Source: Candidatus Micrarchaeota archaeon (GTDB lineage Archaea > Micrarchaeota > Micrarchaeia > Anstonellales > JAHKLY01). Taken from it: a stretch of DNA of 64,000 bases. The notes below the pieces were generated by a model, which saw only the letters and a program-made list of their open reading frames with translations, did no database searches and was not told the origin of the DNA. The stretch spans positions 1 through 64,000 of the forward strand of contig JAHKLY010000002.1 of the NCBI GenBank assembly GCA_020854825.1. The letters are read 5' to 3'. Positions 1-8,884 of the stretch are shown here, in pieces (position 1 is the first letter of the stretch; each line of letters opens with the position of its first letter). The translations under genes and the position numbers were made by a program.

Positions 1-650
1 ACATACCAATTAATAGTTACATCTACTTCTTCATTATCATCTTCTACTAAAACATAACAACCTAATAAATTATCATCTTCACCAGGTGTTGAAGGTTCAG
101 GTTGAATAATCATTTCAATTATTTCTGGTGCTTCATTTATTGTGGGTTCAGAAGGTTCTAATTCTTGACAAGCACCATTTATACAATATAAATCATAATC
201 TTCACAATTAATTACAGTTGCAGTATTATATATTCCTTCACAATAAACTTCATGTAAAATTTTATCACTTACACAAAAGTCTTCTGCCATTCCTTCAAAC
301 TCTTCATTTATTGCTAATACATAACCATATGTGAAAGGGTCTATATATGTTTCAGAATCTATACATTGATAAATGGGGGGAGGTTCTTCAAAGGTACATC
401 TACCTTCTGTACAATAAAGGCCTAGGGTTTCACAATTAATTTCTATTTGATATGCATCATTTCCCATACATATATATTCATTTAAAATACTGCCATCACA
501 ATAATCATAATACGCTCCAAGTTCACCATTTAAATGGCCTAAAGTTATTCCTTGGAAAAAGATATTCATAAATCCATCGTTTTCAATACAAATAGCATTT
601 ATTGATGTTATCAAGAATACTATTACTAACATAGAAAAAATTTTATTCAT
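1..650 (-). CDS. Secreted Cys-rich repeat surface protein (3' end runs off the window)
   Basis: Not in ORF track. Manual minus-strand translation from ATG at 650 gives MNKIFSMLVIVFLITSINAICIEND..., with a signal peptide and two repeats (D.C....L.E..C...INCE...LYC..G.C). GGAGGT SD lies upstream. Confidence 0.75.
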   Translation of the reverse strand, partial: MNKIFSMLVIVFLITSINAICIENDGFMNIFFQGITLGHLNGELGAYYDYCDGSILNEYICMGNDAYQIEINCETLGLYCTEGRCTFEEPPPIYQCIDSETYIDPFTYGYVLAINEEFEGMAEDFCVSDKILHEVYCEGIYNTATVINCEDYDLYCINGACQELEPSEPTINEAPEIIEMIIQPEPSTPGEDDNLLGCYVLVEDDNEEVDVTINWY

Positions 651-801
651 TTATATTACCTCCCACAGTAAATTTAGTGTTTATTAATATAAATGCACGT
701 ATTTAAAAAGGTTTTGTATTTTAAAAATAAATTCAATAAATAAAAGTATTACCGAAGCATTTATAAAATCATATACATAATATAATTACAAAAATATAAT
801 A

Positions 802-847
802 CGCCCCTGAAATACGGGGCGCAACTCAATTTTTTCCTGAGTTGCGC
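802..847. repeat. Two overlapping GC-rich inverted repeats
   Basis: CGCCCC-N8-GGGGCG (802-821) and GCGCAACTCA-N9-TGAGTTGCGC (819-847) in an AT-rich intergenic region. Confidence 0.7.
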
Positions 848-960
848 ATATGTTATGGAACATAGTAAAAGGAAAACACGAATTGTAGTTGCTTAAAAAA
901 TATTTTAAAGAAGAATTGTCGAGGTTTTTTCATTTAATGAAAATACCTTGTCATATTAAT

Positions 961-1169
961 GCCGAGGTGGCGGAACCTGGTAACGCGCACGACTTGAGTA
1001 ACTTTTCTTTTCTTTTGTAAAAGAAAAGAAAACTTAACTAAAGAAAAGAAAACTTGTAGTAATCGTGTGGTCTTTGACCTTGGGGGTTCAAGAACTTTCT
1101 TCTCTTTTGAAAAAGAGAAAAAATTTTACTAAAAAGAGAAAACAAGATGAACAAATCCCTCCTTCGGCG
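961..1169 (+). tRNA. tRNA-Ser(TGA) with two introns (37/38: 999-1061; 58/59: 1092-1154)
   Basis: Acceptor GCCGAGG/CTTCGGC with G73, anticodon stem CACGA/TCGTG with CT-TGA, long variable arm GGTC-TTT-GACC, T arm GGGGG-TTCAA|AT-CCCTC. GTTC/GAAC forms the central helix at the second intron. Confidence 0.92.
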
Positions 1170-1193
1170 CTTTTAAAAAACAATGGTGATATA

Positions 1194-1808
1194 ATGGCAA
1201 AAAAAGCAGTAGTTAAAAAAGAAGAAAAAGAAAAACCACAAACACAACACAGACACATTGCAGGAAGTTTTGGTAAAGAACTTAAAGGAATTGTCCGTAT
1301 TTGTGGAAAAGATATTAATGGTGCATTAGAATTAGCTAAAGCAATAAAATATGTTCAAGGAGTTGGTATAAATTTATCTGGAGTTTATTCTGAAATTATT
1401 TCAAAAGAATTAAGTATAGATGTTAATACAAAAATTGGAGATTTAACTGAAAATCAAATAGAAAGAGTAGAAGAAATAATTAGAACTCCTCAAAAATATA
1501 AAATACCAAGTTATTTATTTAATAGAAGATTAGATCCACAAACAGGAAATCACGTTCATTTAATTAGTAATGATTTAGTATTAAATTTGAGGGAAGATAT
1601 TCAAAAAGAAATTAATTCAAGATCATGGAGAGGTGCAAGACACCAAACAAGAAAAGGAAAAGTTAGGGGACAAAAAACTAAGAACTCAGGTAGAGGCGGA
1701 GTAGCAGTTGGAGTTATAAGAAGATCAGTAAGAGCAAAGATGGGTGGAACTCAACCAAAGCCAAAAGAATCTAAAAAAGATGCCGGTGGCAAAGGAAAAA
1801 AGAAATAG
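1194..1808 (+). CDS. rps13: 30S ribosomal protein S13
   Basis: GIVRICGKDI..GVG..WRGARH..KVRGQKTK motifs. True start is the ATG at 1194 after GGTGAT; the track's 5' extension overlaps tRNA-Ser. Confidence 0.95.
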   Translation: MAKKAVVKKEEKEKPQTQHRHIAGSFGKELKGIVRICGKDINGALELAKAIKYVQGVGINLSGVYSEIISKELSIDVNTKIGDLTENQIERVEEIIRTPQKYKIPSYLFNRRLDPQTGNHVHLISNDLVLNLREDIQKEINSRSWRGARHQTRKGKVRGQKTKNSGRGGVAVGVIRRSVRAKMGGTQPKPKESKKDAGGKGKKK

Positions 1809-1817
1809 GTGATATAA

Positions 1818-2399
1818 ATGGGCGATCCAAGAAGATTAAAGAAAAGATATAGTTCTCCCGGAATTCTTTGGGATAAACAAAGAATAAAAGAAGAAAAAGG
1901 ATTAGTTAGAGAATTTGGTTTAAAAAATATGAAAGAATTGTGGAGAGCTGAAGAAGGGTTAAGAAAAGTAAGAAGAGAAGCAAGAAGATTCCAATCCTTA
2001 GGTGAAGAAAGTATTGTTGAATCAACTAATTTAATTAATAAACTAAAAGGATTAGGAATTGTAGCTCAAGAAGCAACAATTGATGATTTATTAAATTTAA
2101 AGACAAGAGATTTCTTAGAGAGAAGATTACAAACACAAGTATTCAAAAGTGGATTGGCAAGAACAGTAAAACAAGCAAGACAATTAATAACACATGGATT
2201 TATTTTTGTAGATGGGAAAAAAGTTTCAAAACCAAGTTATATGGTTAATTTGGATGAAGCAAGAACAATTTCCTATTCTAAGACAATTGATATAAATGCA
2301 GGCGTCCAAAGAGAGATAATAGAAGAAGTTAAGGCACATGCAGTTGTTGAACATGAAAAAAATGTAGGGCCCATTCCAGAAGAAGGAGAAGATGAGTAG
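1818..2399 (+). CDS. rps4: 30S ribosomal protein S4
   Basis: MGDPRR, FGLKN..ELW, LERRLQT, QARQLITHG motifs. Confidence 0.97.
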   Translation: MGDPRRLKKRYSSPGILWDKQRIKEEKGLVREFGLKNMKELWRAEEGLRKVRREARRFQSLGEESIVESTNLINKLKGLGIVAQEATIDDLLNLKTRDFLERRLQTQVFKSGLARTVKQARQLITHGFIFVDGKKVSKPSYMVNLDEARTISYSKTIDINAGVQREIIEEVKAHAVVEHEKNVGPIPEEGEDE

Positions 2400-2408
2400 G
2401 TGATATTT

Positions 2409-2882
2409 ATGGAAGATAAAAAAGTAACTGAAAAACAAATAGAAAAACCAGTTGAAAAAAATGAAGAAGAAGATAAAAATAAAATTAGATATCAGAAAAA
2501 AATAAGGTGGGCAGTAGCAAATATTTATTCATCTAAAAATAATACGTTAATTACTGTTACAGATTTAACTGGATCTGAAACTATAGCTAAGAGTTCAGGA
2601 GGAAATGTAATAAAACAAGATAGAAATAAAGGAAAACCTTATGCTGCAATGCAGGCTGCAACTAATGTAGTAGATATTTTAAAGACAAGAGGCATAAATG
2701 GATTACATATAAAGATTCGTGCACCTGGAGGGCATGGTCCAAAATCACCAGGAGCAGGAGCCCAAGCAATTGTTAGAGCAGTAGCTAGAATGGGAATTAA
2801 AGTAGGAAAAATAGAAGATGTTACTCCAGTACCAACAGATACTACCAAGAGACCTGGTGGAAGAAGAGGTAGGAGGGTATAA
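2409..2882 (+). CDS. rps11: 30S ribosomal protein S11
   Basis: [39 protein letters not shown]. Confidence 0.97.
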   Translation: MEDKKVTEKQIEKPVEKNEEEDKNKIRYQKKIRWAVANIYSSKNNTLITVTDLTGSETIAKSSGGNVIKQDRNKGKPYAAMQAATNVVDILKTRGINGLHIKIRAPGGHGPKSPGAGAQAIVRAVARMGIKVGKIEDVTPVPTDTTKRPGGRRGRRV

Positions 2883-2884
2883 TT

Positions 2885-3457
2885 ATGGTAATTAAAATAA
2901 AAGTAGATATTGAAGATGAAAAAGTATTAAAACTTAAAGTTGAGGATTTGGAAGTTGGAACGCTTAATTCTATTCGAAGATATATAATAGGTCAAGTTCC
3001 AACATTTGCTATAGATTCAATAACTATATATGATAATTCAACATATATGTTTGATGAATTTATTGCACATAGAATAGGACAAATTCCTTTAAAAACTCCA
3101 AAAAAATATAAGGGAGATGAAGAAGTTTTATTTACTTTAGATGAAAAAGGACCAAAAGAAATTAAAGCATCAGATTTAAGAACTTCAGATAAATATGTTC
3201 AACCTGCAAAACCAGATATACATGTATTTACTTTGGGTGAAGGACAAGATTTAAGATTAGAAGGCAAGGCAGTAATTAATAAAGGAAGAAAACATGCTAA
3301 ATTTCAATCTGGAATTGCAGCATATGAAATAAATAAAGATGGAACTTATGAATTTATTGTTGAATCATTTTCACAAATGTCTCCAAGGGATGTTTTATTA
3401 AAAGCAGTGGAATTCCTTAAACAAGATGTTAAGGAATTTGAAAAACAATTGAAATAA
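2885..3457 (+). CDS. rpoD: RNA polymerase subunit Rpo3 (RpoD), short form without Fe-S domain
   Basis: NSIRR..VPTFAID..DEFIAHRIGQIP..GRKHAKF; conserved operon position. Confidence 0.93.
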   Translation: MVIKIKVDIEDEKVLKLKVEDLEVGTLNSIRRYIIGQVPTFAIDSITIYDNSTYMFDEFIAHRIGQIPLKTPKKYKGDEEVLFTLDEKGPKEIKASDLRTSDKYVQPAKPDIHVFTLGEGQDLRLEGKAVINKGRKHAKFQSGIAAYEINKDGTYEFIVESFSQMSPRDVLLKAVEFLKQDVKEFEKQLK

Positions 3458-3497
3458 GTGGAGGGACAGTATTGTCCGTCACCATTAATATGGATTT

Positions 3498-3699
3498 GCG
3501 GGGGTGGCGGAGTCTGGTCAATAACCCTTTTCCACTTTGTGTGTAAGATGTTAACGGAAAATCGTTGACTAATCGCGCACGGTTGAGGGCCGTGTGGTTT
3601 AGTACCTGCGCGCGTTCAAACACTTTTTTCTTTTTTAAGAAAAAAGAAAAACCTGTACTAAAAAGAAAAAAACAGGAAGAATAAATCGCGTCCCCCGCA
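3498..3699 (+). tRNA. tRNA-Leu(GAG) with two introns (21/22: 3522-3572; 58/59: 3620-3684)
   Basis: Acceptor GCGGGGG/CCCCCGC with A73, D stem GCGG/TCGC restored after splicing, CACGG-TT-GAG-GG-CCGTG, T arm GCGCG-TTCAA|AT-CGCGT. BHB-like helices GGTC/GACT and GTTC/GAAT. Confidence 0.92.
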
Positions 3700-3721
3700 T
3701 TATTTTAAAAGGTGATAATAT

Positions 3722-4072
3722 ATGAAAAAAGGACCTGAAAGTAAGGAAATAATAGAAGCAATTATTGCAGTTAGCAAAGCTAGTAAAAACAAAAATATTT
3801 GGAAAGATGTAAAAAAGAAATTATTAATAACAAGAAGAAATAGAGATTCAGTTAATATATCAAGAATTTCAAAATATGTTGCACAAGGAAAAACAGCAGT
3901 AGTAGCAGGAAAAGTTTTAGGAACAGGAGTAATGGATCATAAAGTAGATGTAATTGCTTTAAGTTTTTCAGAAAGTGCAAAACAAAAAATAACAAAATCA
4001 GGTGGAAAGACAATTTTATTGTCTGAAATATCTGAAAAAGAAACTGATAAAGAGTTAGTATTGATAAGGTGA
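3722..4072 (+). CDS. rpl18e: 50S ribosomal protein L18e
   Basis: VNISRI, VVAGKVLGTG, FSESAKQKI..GG. Confidence 0.95.
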   Translation: MKKGPESKEIIEAIIAVSKASKNKNIWKDVKKKLLITRRNRDSVNISRISKYVAQGKTAVVAGKVLGTGVMDHKVDVIALSFSESAKQKITKSGGKTILLSEISEKETDKELVLIR

Positions 4073-4077
4073 TTTAA

Positions 4078-4503
4078 ATGATTGTTATTGATGGTAAAGA
4101 TATGATTTTAGGAAAACTTGCTTCACATGTAGCAAAAGAATTATTAAAAAAAGAAGAGATGATAATATTAAATGCAGAACATATAATAATAACTGGAAAT
4201 AAAAAAGATATTATGGAAAAGTATCTTAAAAGAAGATCTATTAAACCAAAACAAAATCCAAGTCATAGACCAAAATGGCCAAGAGTACCAAATTTATTGG
4301 TTAGGAGAGTAGTTAGAGGAATGGTTCCATATTCTTCTTCAAGAGGCAGAGAAGCATATAAAAGATTAAGAGTTGTTGAAGGAATTCCAGAAAAATATAA
4401 AGAAAAGATTTCAGATAAAAATTATGATAAACTAAAATCAAAAAGTTTAAAGAAATTCATCACAGTTAAACAGTTATGTGAATATCTTGGGTATAATGGG
4501 TGA
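4078..4503 (+). CDS. rpl13: 50S ribosomal protein L13
   Basis: IDG..MILGKLAS.VAK.LL, NAE.I.ITG, RRVVRGMVP. Confidence 0.96.
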   Translation: MIVIDGKDMILGKLASHVAKELLKKEEMIILNAEHIIITGNKKDIMEKYLKRRSIKPKQNPSHRPKWPRVPNLLVRRVVRGMVPYSSSRGREAYKRLRVVEGIPEKYKEKISDKNYDKLKSKSLKKFITVKQLCEYLGYNG

Positions 4504-4508
4504 TTTTA

Positions 4509-4949
4509 ATGGAAAAAACTAAGAAAAAACCAACAAAAAGAAAAGTTAAATCAAAAGTTTCAATTGCAAGAGGTAAAAGAAAAGAAAGTATTGCTAGAGT
4601 TTCTATTAAAAAAGGCAAAGGAATAATAAGAATAAATAATACAAACCTTGAAGTTTATGGTTCAAGACAACAGAGACAAATTATAAAAGAGCCATTATTA
4701 TTCGCGCCAAAAATTAGTACTGAAGTCGATATTATTGTTTCAGTAAATGGAGGAGGTTCAATTGGACAAGCACAAGCAATTAGAAATGCAATTGCAATTG
4801 GTTTAATTGAATATTCTGATGATAAAGGATTAAAAGAGATATTTATGGATAGAGATAGATTTATGGTTGTTGAAGATTCAAGAAGAACAGAACCAAAGAA
4901 ATTTGGTGGTCGTGGTGCTAGAGCAAGAAAACAAAAATCATATAGATGA
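4509..4949 (+). CDS. rps9: 30S ribosomal protein S9
   Basis: GKRKESIAR, GGG.IGQAQAIR, PKKFGGRGARARKQKSYR. Confidence 0.97.
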   Translation: MEKTKKKPTKRKVKSKVSIARGKRKESIARVSIKKGKGIIRINNTNLEVYGSRQQRQIIKEPLLFAPKISTEVDIIVSVNGGGSIGQAQAIRNAIAIGLIEYSDDKGLKEIFMDRDRFMVVEDSRRTEPKKFGGRGARARKQKSYR

Positions 4950-4962
4950 GGTGTAAAAACAT

Positions 4963-5157
4963 ATGGAATTTCCTATACGATGTTTTACATGTGGTGCTCC
5001 AATTGGAGATATATACGAAAAATATGTAAATAAATTAAAAGAGAACAAAACCCCAAAGCAAGCACTAGATGAATTAGGTGTTAAAAGGTATTGTTGCAGA
5101 AGAATGTTTATTAGTTATGTTGATTTTGAAACATCTAAAAAATATAAAAAATTATAG
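4963..5157 (+). CDS. rpoN: RNA polymerase subunit Rpo10 (RpoN)
   Basis: PIRCFTCG...LDELGVKRYCCRRM. Confidence 0.97.
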   Translation: MEFPIRCFTCGAPIGDIYEKYVNKLKENKTPKQALDELGVKRYCCRRMFISYVDFETSKKYKKL

Positions 5158-5183
5158 AATCTAAGATTATTAGATTTATAACT

Positions 5184-5465
5184 GGGGGAGTAGGTTAACC
5201 TGGTATGCTGCCAGCTTGGGGTAACCTTTTTCTTTCTTTTTAAAAAAGAAAGAAAAACGTTAACGAAAAACAAAAGAAAATAAAAAAACATTAAACTCAA
5301 AAGAAAAAGAGGTTCAAAATTAGAAATTTTGAACAGATTTTTACCAAAGATAAAAAACAAAAGAAAATAAAAGAAACACAGAAAAGAAAAACGTTAACAA
5401 ATTTGTGATGTAATTTTTATGGTTCTGAAATGCTGGTGATCCGAGTTCAAATCTCGGCTCCCCCA
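5184..5465 (+). tRNA. tRNA-Pro(GGG) with a 209-nt intron at 37/38 (5222-5430)
   Basis: Acceptor GGGGGAG/CTCCCCC, CCAGC-TT-GGG-G|T-GCTGG, T arm CCGAG-TTCAAAT-CTCGG. Full BHB: TTGG/CTGA central helix, AACC/GGTT outer helix, two 3-nt bulges. tRNA-Pro after rpoN is a usual archaeal arrangement. Confidence 0.93.
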
Positions 5466-5516
5466 TTTTGAATAAGGGGTTTTCTATATGAAAACTAACT
5501 GAAGAGAGGTAATAAC

Positions 5517-6575
5517 ATGAAAGAAAAAGATATAGATGAACAACAGAATGAACCTGGTTTGATTGTAAAACAAGATAAATATTTAGAAGCCGGTGTGCAC
5601 ATCGGAACTAAGATTAAATCGGGTGGGATGAGTAGTTATATATATAGAAAAAGAAAAGATGGATTATTTGTTTTAGATCTTAAAAAAATTGATGAAAGAA
5701 TAAGATTAGCTGCAAAACAACTTGCAAGATTTGAACCTGAAAATATTTTAGTTGTAGCTTCAAGAACTTATTCTGGTATTGCAGCAGCAAATTTTAGTAA
5801 AATAACTGGAATTAAAATTTTAGCAGGTAGATTTATACCTGGTACATTAACAAATCCACAAAGACCTGGATTTTTTGAACCTGAAATATTATTAGTTTCT
5901 GATCCAAGAGGAGAAAAAGAAGCTTTAAGAGAAGCAGGTAAAGCAGGAATTCCAGTTATTGCATTGTGTGATGTGGATAGTCCAATAAAATATGTAGATT
6001 GGGTGGTTCCTTGCAATAATAAAGGTAGAAGGTCATTAGGATTAATTTTTTATTTGTTGGCTAGAGAATTTTTAGTTGCAAAAGGAGTGATTAAATCTTA
6101 TGATGAATTTGAATATTCTCCAAAAGATTTTACAAATGATATTGCTTTGAAAGAATTAGGTACATTAGAAGAACAGAAACGAGAAGAAGAAAAAGAGAAA
6201 GAACAAGAAATAGTTAAAATGGCAAAACAGATTGATGATGAACAAGAAAAACCTAAGAAAATAGAAAAGGTAAAAAAACAAGAAAATGAATTAGTAGAAG
6301 AATTAAAAGAAAAACCACAACCAAAAAGCGAACCAAAAATAATTGGAAAACCACCAAAGAAAAAACGTGAAAAAACTGAAAAAGAAAAAGAAGAAGCAAA
6401 ACCAAAAACAATTGTTTTAGAAAAACCAAAAGAAGAAAAACCAGAAAAGAAAGAAGACACACAAAAAGCAGACAAACCTAAACAAGAAAAAGAAGAAACA
6501 AAAGAAAACAAAATTGAAGAAAATACAAGTAATGAAAAAACTGAAGAACCTAAATCAGAAAATAAAACAGAGTAG
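5517..6575 (+). CDS. rps2: 30S ribosomal protein S2 with long Lys/Glu-rich C-terminal extension
   Basis: YLEAGVHIGT, GRFIPGTLTNP, PCNNKGRRS; about 140 aa low-complexity tail. Confidence 0.96.
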   Translation: MKEKDIDEQQNEPGLIVKQDKYLEAGVHIGTKIKSGGMSSYIYRKRKDGLFVLDLKKIDERIRLAAKQLARFEPENILVVASRTYSGIAAANFSKITGIKILAGRFIPGTLTNPQRPGFFEPEILLVSDPRGEKEALREAGKAGIPVIALCDVDSPIKYVDWVVPCNNKGRRSLGLIFYLLAREFLVAKGVIKSYDEFEYSPKDFTNDIALKELGTLEEQKREEEKEKEQEIVKMAKQIDDEQEKPKKIEKVKKQENELVEELKEKPQPKSEPKIIGKPPKKKREKTEKEKEEAKPKTIVLEKPKEEKPEKKEDTQKADKPKQEKEETKENKIEENTSNEKTEEPKSENKTE

Positions 6576-6626
6576 ATAATTTTCTACTTTCTTTTTTTAA
6601 TTTTTATTTTAAGTTATAATTATTTT

Positions 6627-7712
6627 TTAACCATACATTCCTTTTTCTCTAAATTGTGAGAAATCAATTTTTTTCTCTTTTGCTAAGAGTGCGCCTTCTT
6701 TTTTATCATAAATTTCTTTATTTAATGGGTCTATCACTAATGCTTTGTCATAATATTCAATTGCTTTATCAATATTTCCAGAATATGCATAAATGTCTCC
6801 TTTTCTAGTTAAAAACATAGGGTTATTTGGATCAAATTTTAATGTAATATTTATATCTTCAAGTGCCTTCTTATTTTCTTGTAGTCTAATATATACATAA
6901 CTTCTTTCAAAATACCAGATAGGTTTTGGATCTAATTTTATTGCGGTATCATATTCTTTTAATGATTTTTTATAATTTGTCATTCCTCCCAAACTAAGTA
7001 ATGTTTTTGCAATATTCCTATATATTGAATCTTTTTTTGGATCTAATTTTTTTGCTTTTTCTAAATCCTTTAGTCCTTCTTCAAAATTATTTAAATTATT
7101 TTTACAAATTCCTATTAATTCATAAAATTCTCCAGTTTCTTTTATAGAAATTGCTTTTTGAAGTAATGCAGCAGCAGTATAAAATTCTTTTTTCTTAAAA
7201 TGCTCTCTTGCATTTTCAAAAATATTTTCTGCTATATTATCAGTTTCTGTTTTTAGTTGTATAATATTTATTATTTCTTTTTTCTTTTCATAAAATTTTT
7301 CTTGAGTTGGAGCTAATTTTATTGCTTCTTCAATATCCTCCAGAGATTCCTTCGTATTATTGTTTAACATATTTGCTTTTGCTCTTAATTCATAAAATTC
7401 AGGAATGGTTGGGTTCTTTTTTATTGCATTATTTAATTCTAAAATAGTATTTTTCCAATCCTGCATTCTAAAATAAACAAATGCTTTGTTTGAATATAAG
7501 AATGCAGAATTTTTTTCTCTTTTTATTGCTTCATCATAATCTTTTAATGATTCTTTATATTTTCCTAAATTCATTTTTATAAATCCTAATGCATTATAAA
7601 CAGCAGGATCGTCTTCTATGTTTTTATTAATTAGATCTAATGCTTCTTGAAATTTTCTTTGTTTATTTAATTCCCTAACTTCTTCAAGTATTTGTTTTGT
7701 TTTTTCATCCAT
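6627..7712 (-). CDS. TPR-repeat protein
   Basis: Multiple TPR units (e.g. GDIYAYSGNIDKAIEYYDKALVIDP). Confidence 0.9.
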   Translation of the reverse strand: MDEKTKQILEEVRELNKQRKFQEALDLINKNIEDDPAVYNALGFIKMNLGKYKESLKDYDEAIKREKNSAFLYSNKAFVYFRMQDWKNTILELNNAIKKNPTIPEFYELRAKANMLNNNTKESLEDIEEAIKLAPTQEKFYEKKKEIINIIQLKTETDNIAENIFENAREHFKKKEFYTAAALLQKAISIKETGEFYELIGICKNNLNNFEEGLKDLEKAKKLDPKKDSIYRNIAKTLLSLGGMTNYKKSLKEYDTAIKLDPKPIWYFERSYVYIRLQENKKALEDINITLKFDPNNPMFLTRKGDIYAYSGNIDKAIEYYDKALVIDPLNKEIYDKKEGALLAKEKKIDFSQFREKGMYG

Positions 7713-7723
7713 ATAATTACCTT

Positions 7724-8677
7724 TTAATTAAATTTTAGATAGCAGTTATCCTTTTCCTGATTTGTTGTTATTTCTTCACATATTTCAGAATTATTTTGCA
7801 AAACAGCAATATTTATTATACATCTCCCTTCCCATTCTAAATCAGAAATATTTCTGCATTCTTCTATCTCTTTTGGATTTCCCGAATTAAAAACTCCTTG
7901 ATAACATTGCCATCTATGATAATGATTTGTTATGCCATTGCATAAAGAAGGATTATTATTATCAAATGCTGCTTGTCTATAACAATCATTTTCCCATGAT
8001 TTACTCCAAAGGTCAGTACAACAAGATGTATCTCCGGTTAATCTTGCATATTCTCTTCTGCATTCATCTTTTTCTGAACTTTGTCCTAATGTATCAAAAT
8101 TACATTTTTTACAATCCATTTCAGTAACTGCAATAGCTAAATAGCAGTGTTTTTTCCATTGACTATTTTCTTGTGTGATTTTTCTACATAAAGATTCATC
8201 TTTTGTATGCCAAGCATAATCTGCTAAACATTTATCTTTTGCATTGTTGTTTGGTGCAAGATAACATTGTTCTTTGTTTTTGATAATACTTAAACAATAA
8301 TATTGGTCTGCACTTATTTCTATTTCTCCGCATGCTTCTTCACTTGATTTATTTTTTGCAAATTCTAATAGACATTCATCATTTTCACAAATAGAAAAAT
8401 CATTTTCTTTTATTGATAAACAAATTCTTTTTTTTGTTCCAACCAATCCTTTACATGGATCTTTTGTTATTATATCAACTAATTCTGGTTCTTCTGTATC
8501 TGTAATATTTATTGTGTCATTTACTGGGGGTGCAGGTAAAACTGCTTTTGGTTCAATAACTTCTTTTTCAAAACCAATACATGCAAATAATACTAAACTC
8601 ATCGCAATAATAAAAAATGCAAAATCCATTTCTATTTGTTTTTTTGTTTTTTTTGTTAGTCTTTTCATAATTATCAC
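7724..8677 (-). CDS. Membrane-anchored Cys-rich helical-repeat protein
   Basis: N-terminal hydrophobic segment ending FAC; repeated C..I......D.CY...A units. Confidence 0.75.
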   Translation of the reverse strand: MIIMKRLTKKTKKQIEMDFAFFIIAMSLVLFACIGFEKEVIEPKAVLPAPPVNDTINITDTEEPELVDIITKDPCKGLVGTKKRICLSIKENDFSICENDECLLEFAKNKSSEEACGEIEISADQYYCLSIIKNKEQCYLAPNNNAKDKCLADYAWHTKDESLCRKITQENSQWKKHCYLAIAVTEMDCKKCNFDTLGQSSEKDECRREYARLTGDTSCCTDLWSKSWENDCYRQAAFDNNNPSLCNGITNHYHRWQCYQGVFNSGNPKEIEECRNISDLEWEGRCIINIAVLQNNSEICEEITTNQEKDNCYLKFN

Positions 8678-8884
8678 ACAAACTCTTCTTTAACAAATTA
8701 TTTAAACCTAATCTTTTATTTTTTTGTTAATTTTATATATATTTAATTACGCGCGTTCATAAGTGTGCAATAATCTTACATTCTCTTCGTTGTTTCCAAT
8801 TTTTTTTTTCAGACGTAAATTAAAGGCACCTTTCGAAAAGTATTTAAATCTTGTCTTTTTATCTCTGTGTAGAGGCGATTTAGT

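Noticed and set aside
1065-1193. N-terminal extension of S13, and ORFs 3429-3623, 5115-5360, 21909-22322, 27790-27996, 61503-61703
   Set aside because: They overlap intron-containing tRNA genes and are spurious translations.
5405-5428. C/D-box guide in the tRNA-Pro intron (GTGATGT...CTGA)
   Set aside because: The C box is imperfect, no second box pair is seen, and the CTGA is already explained as the BHB central helix.
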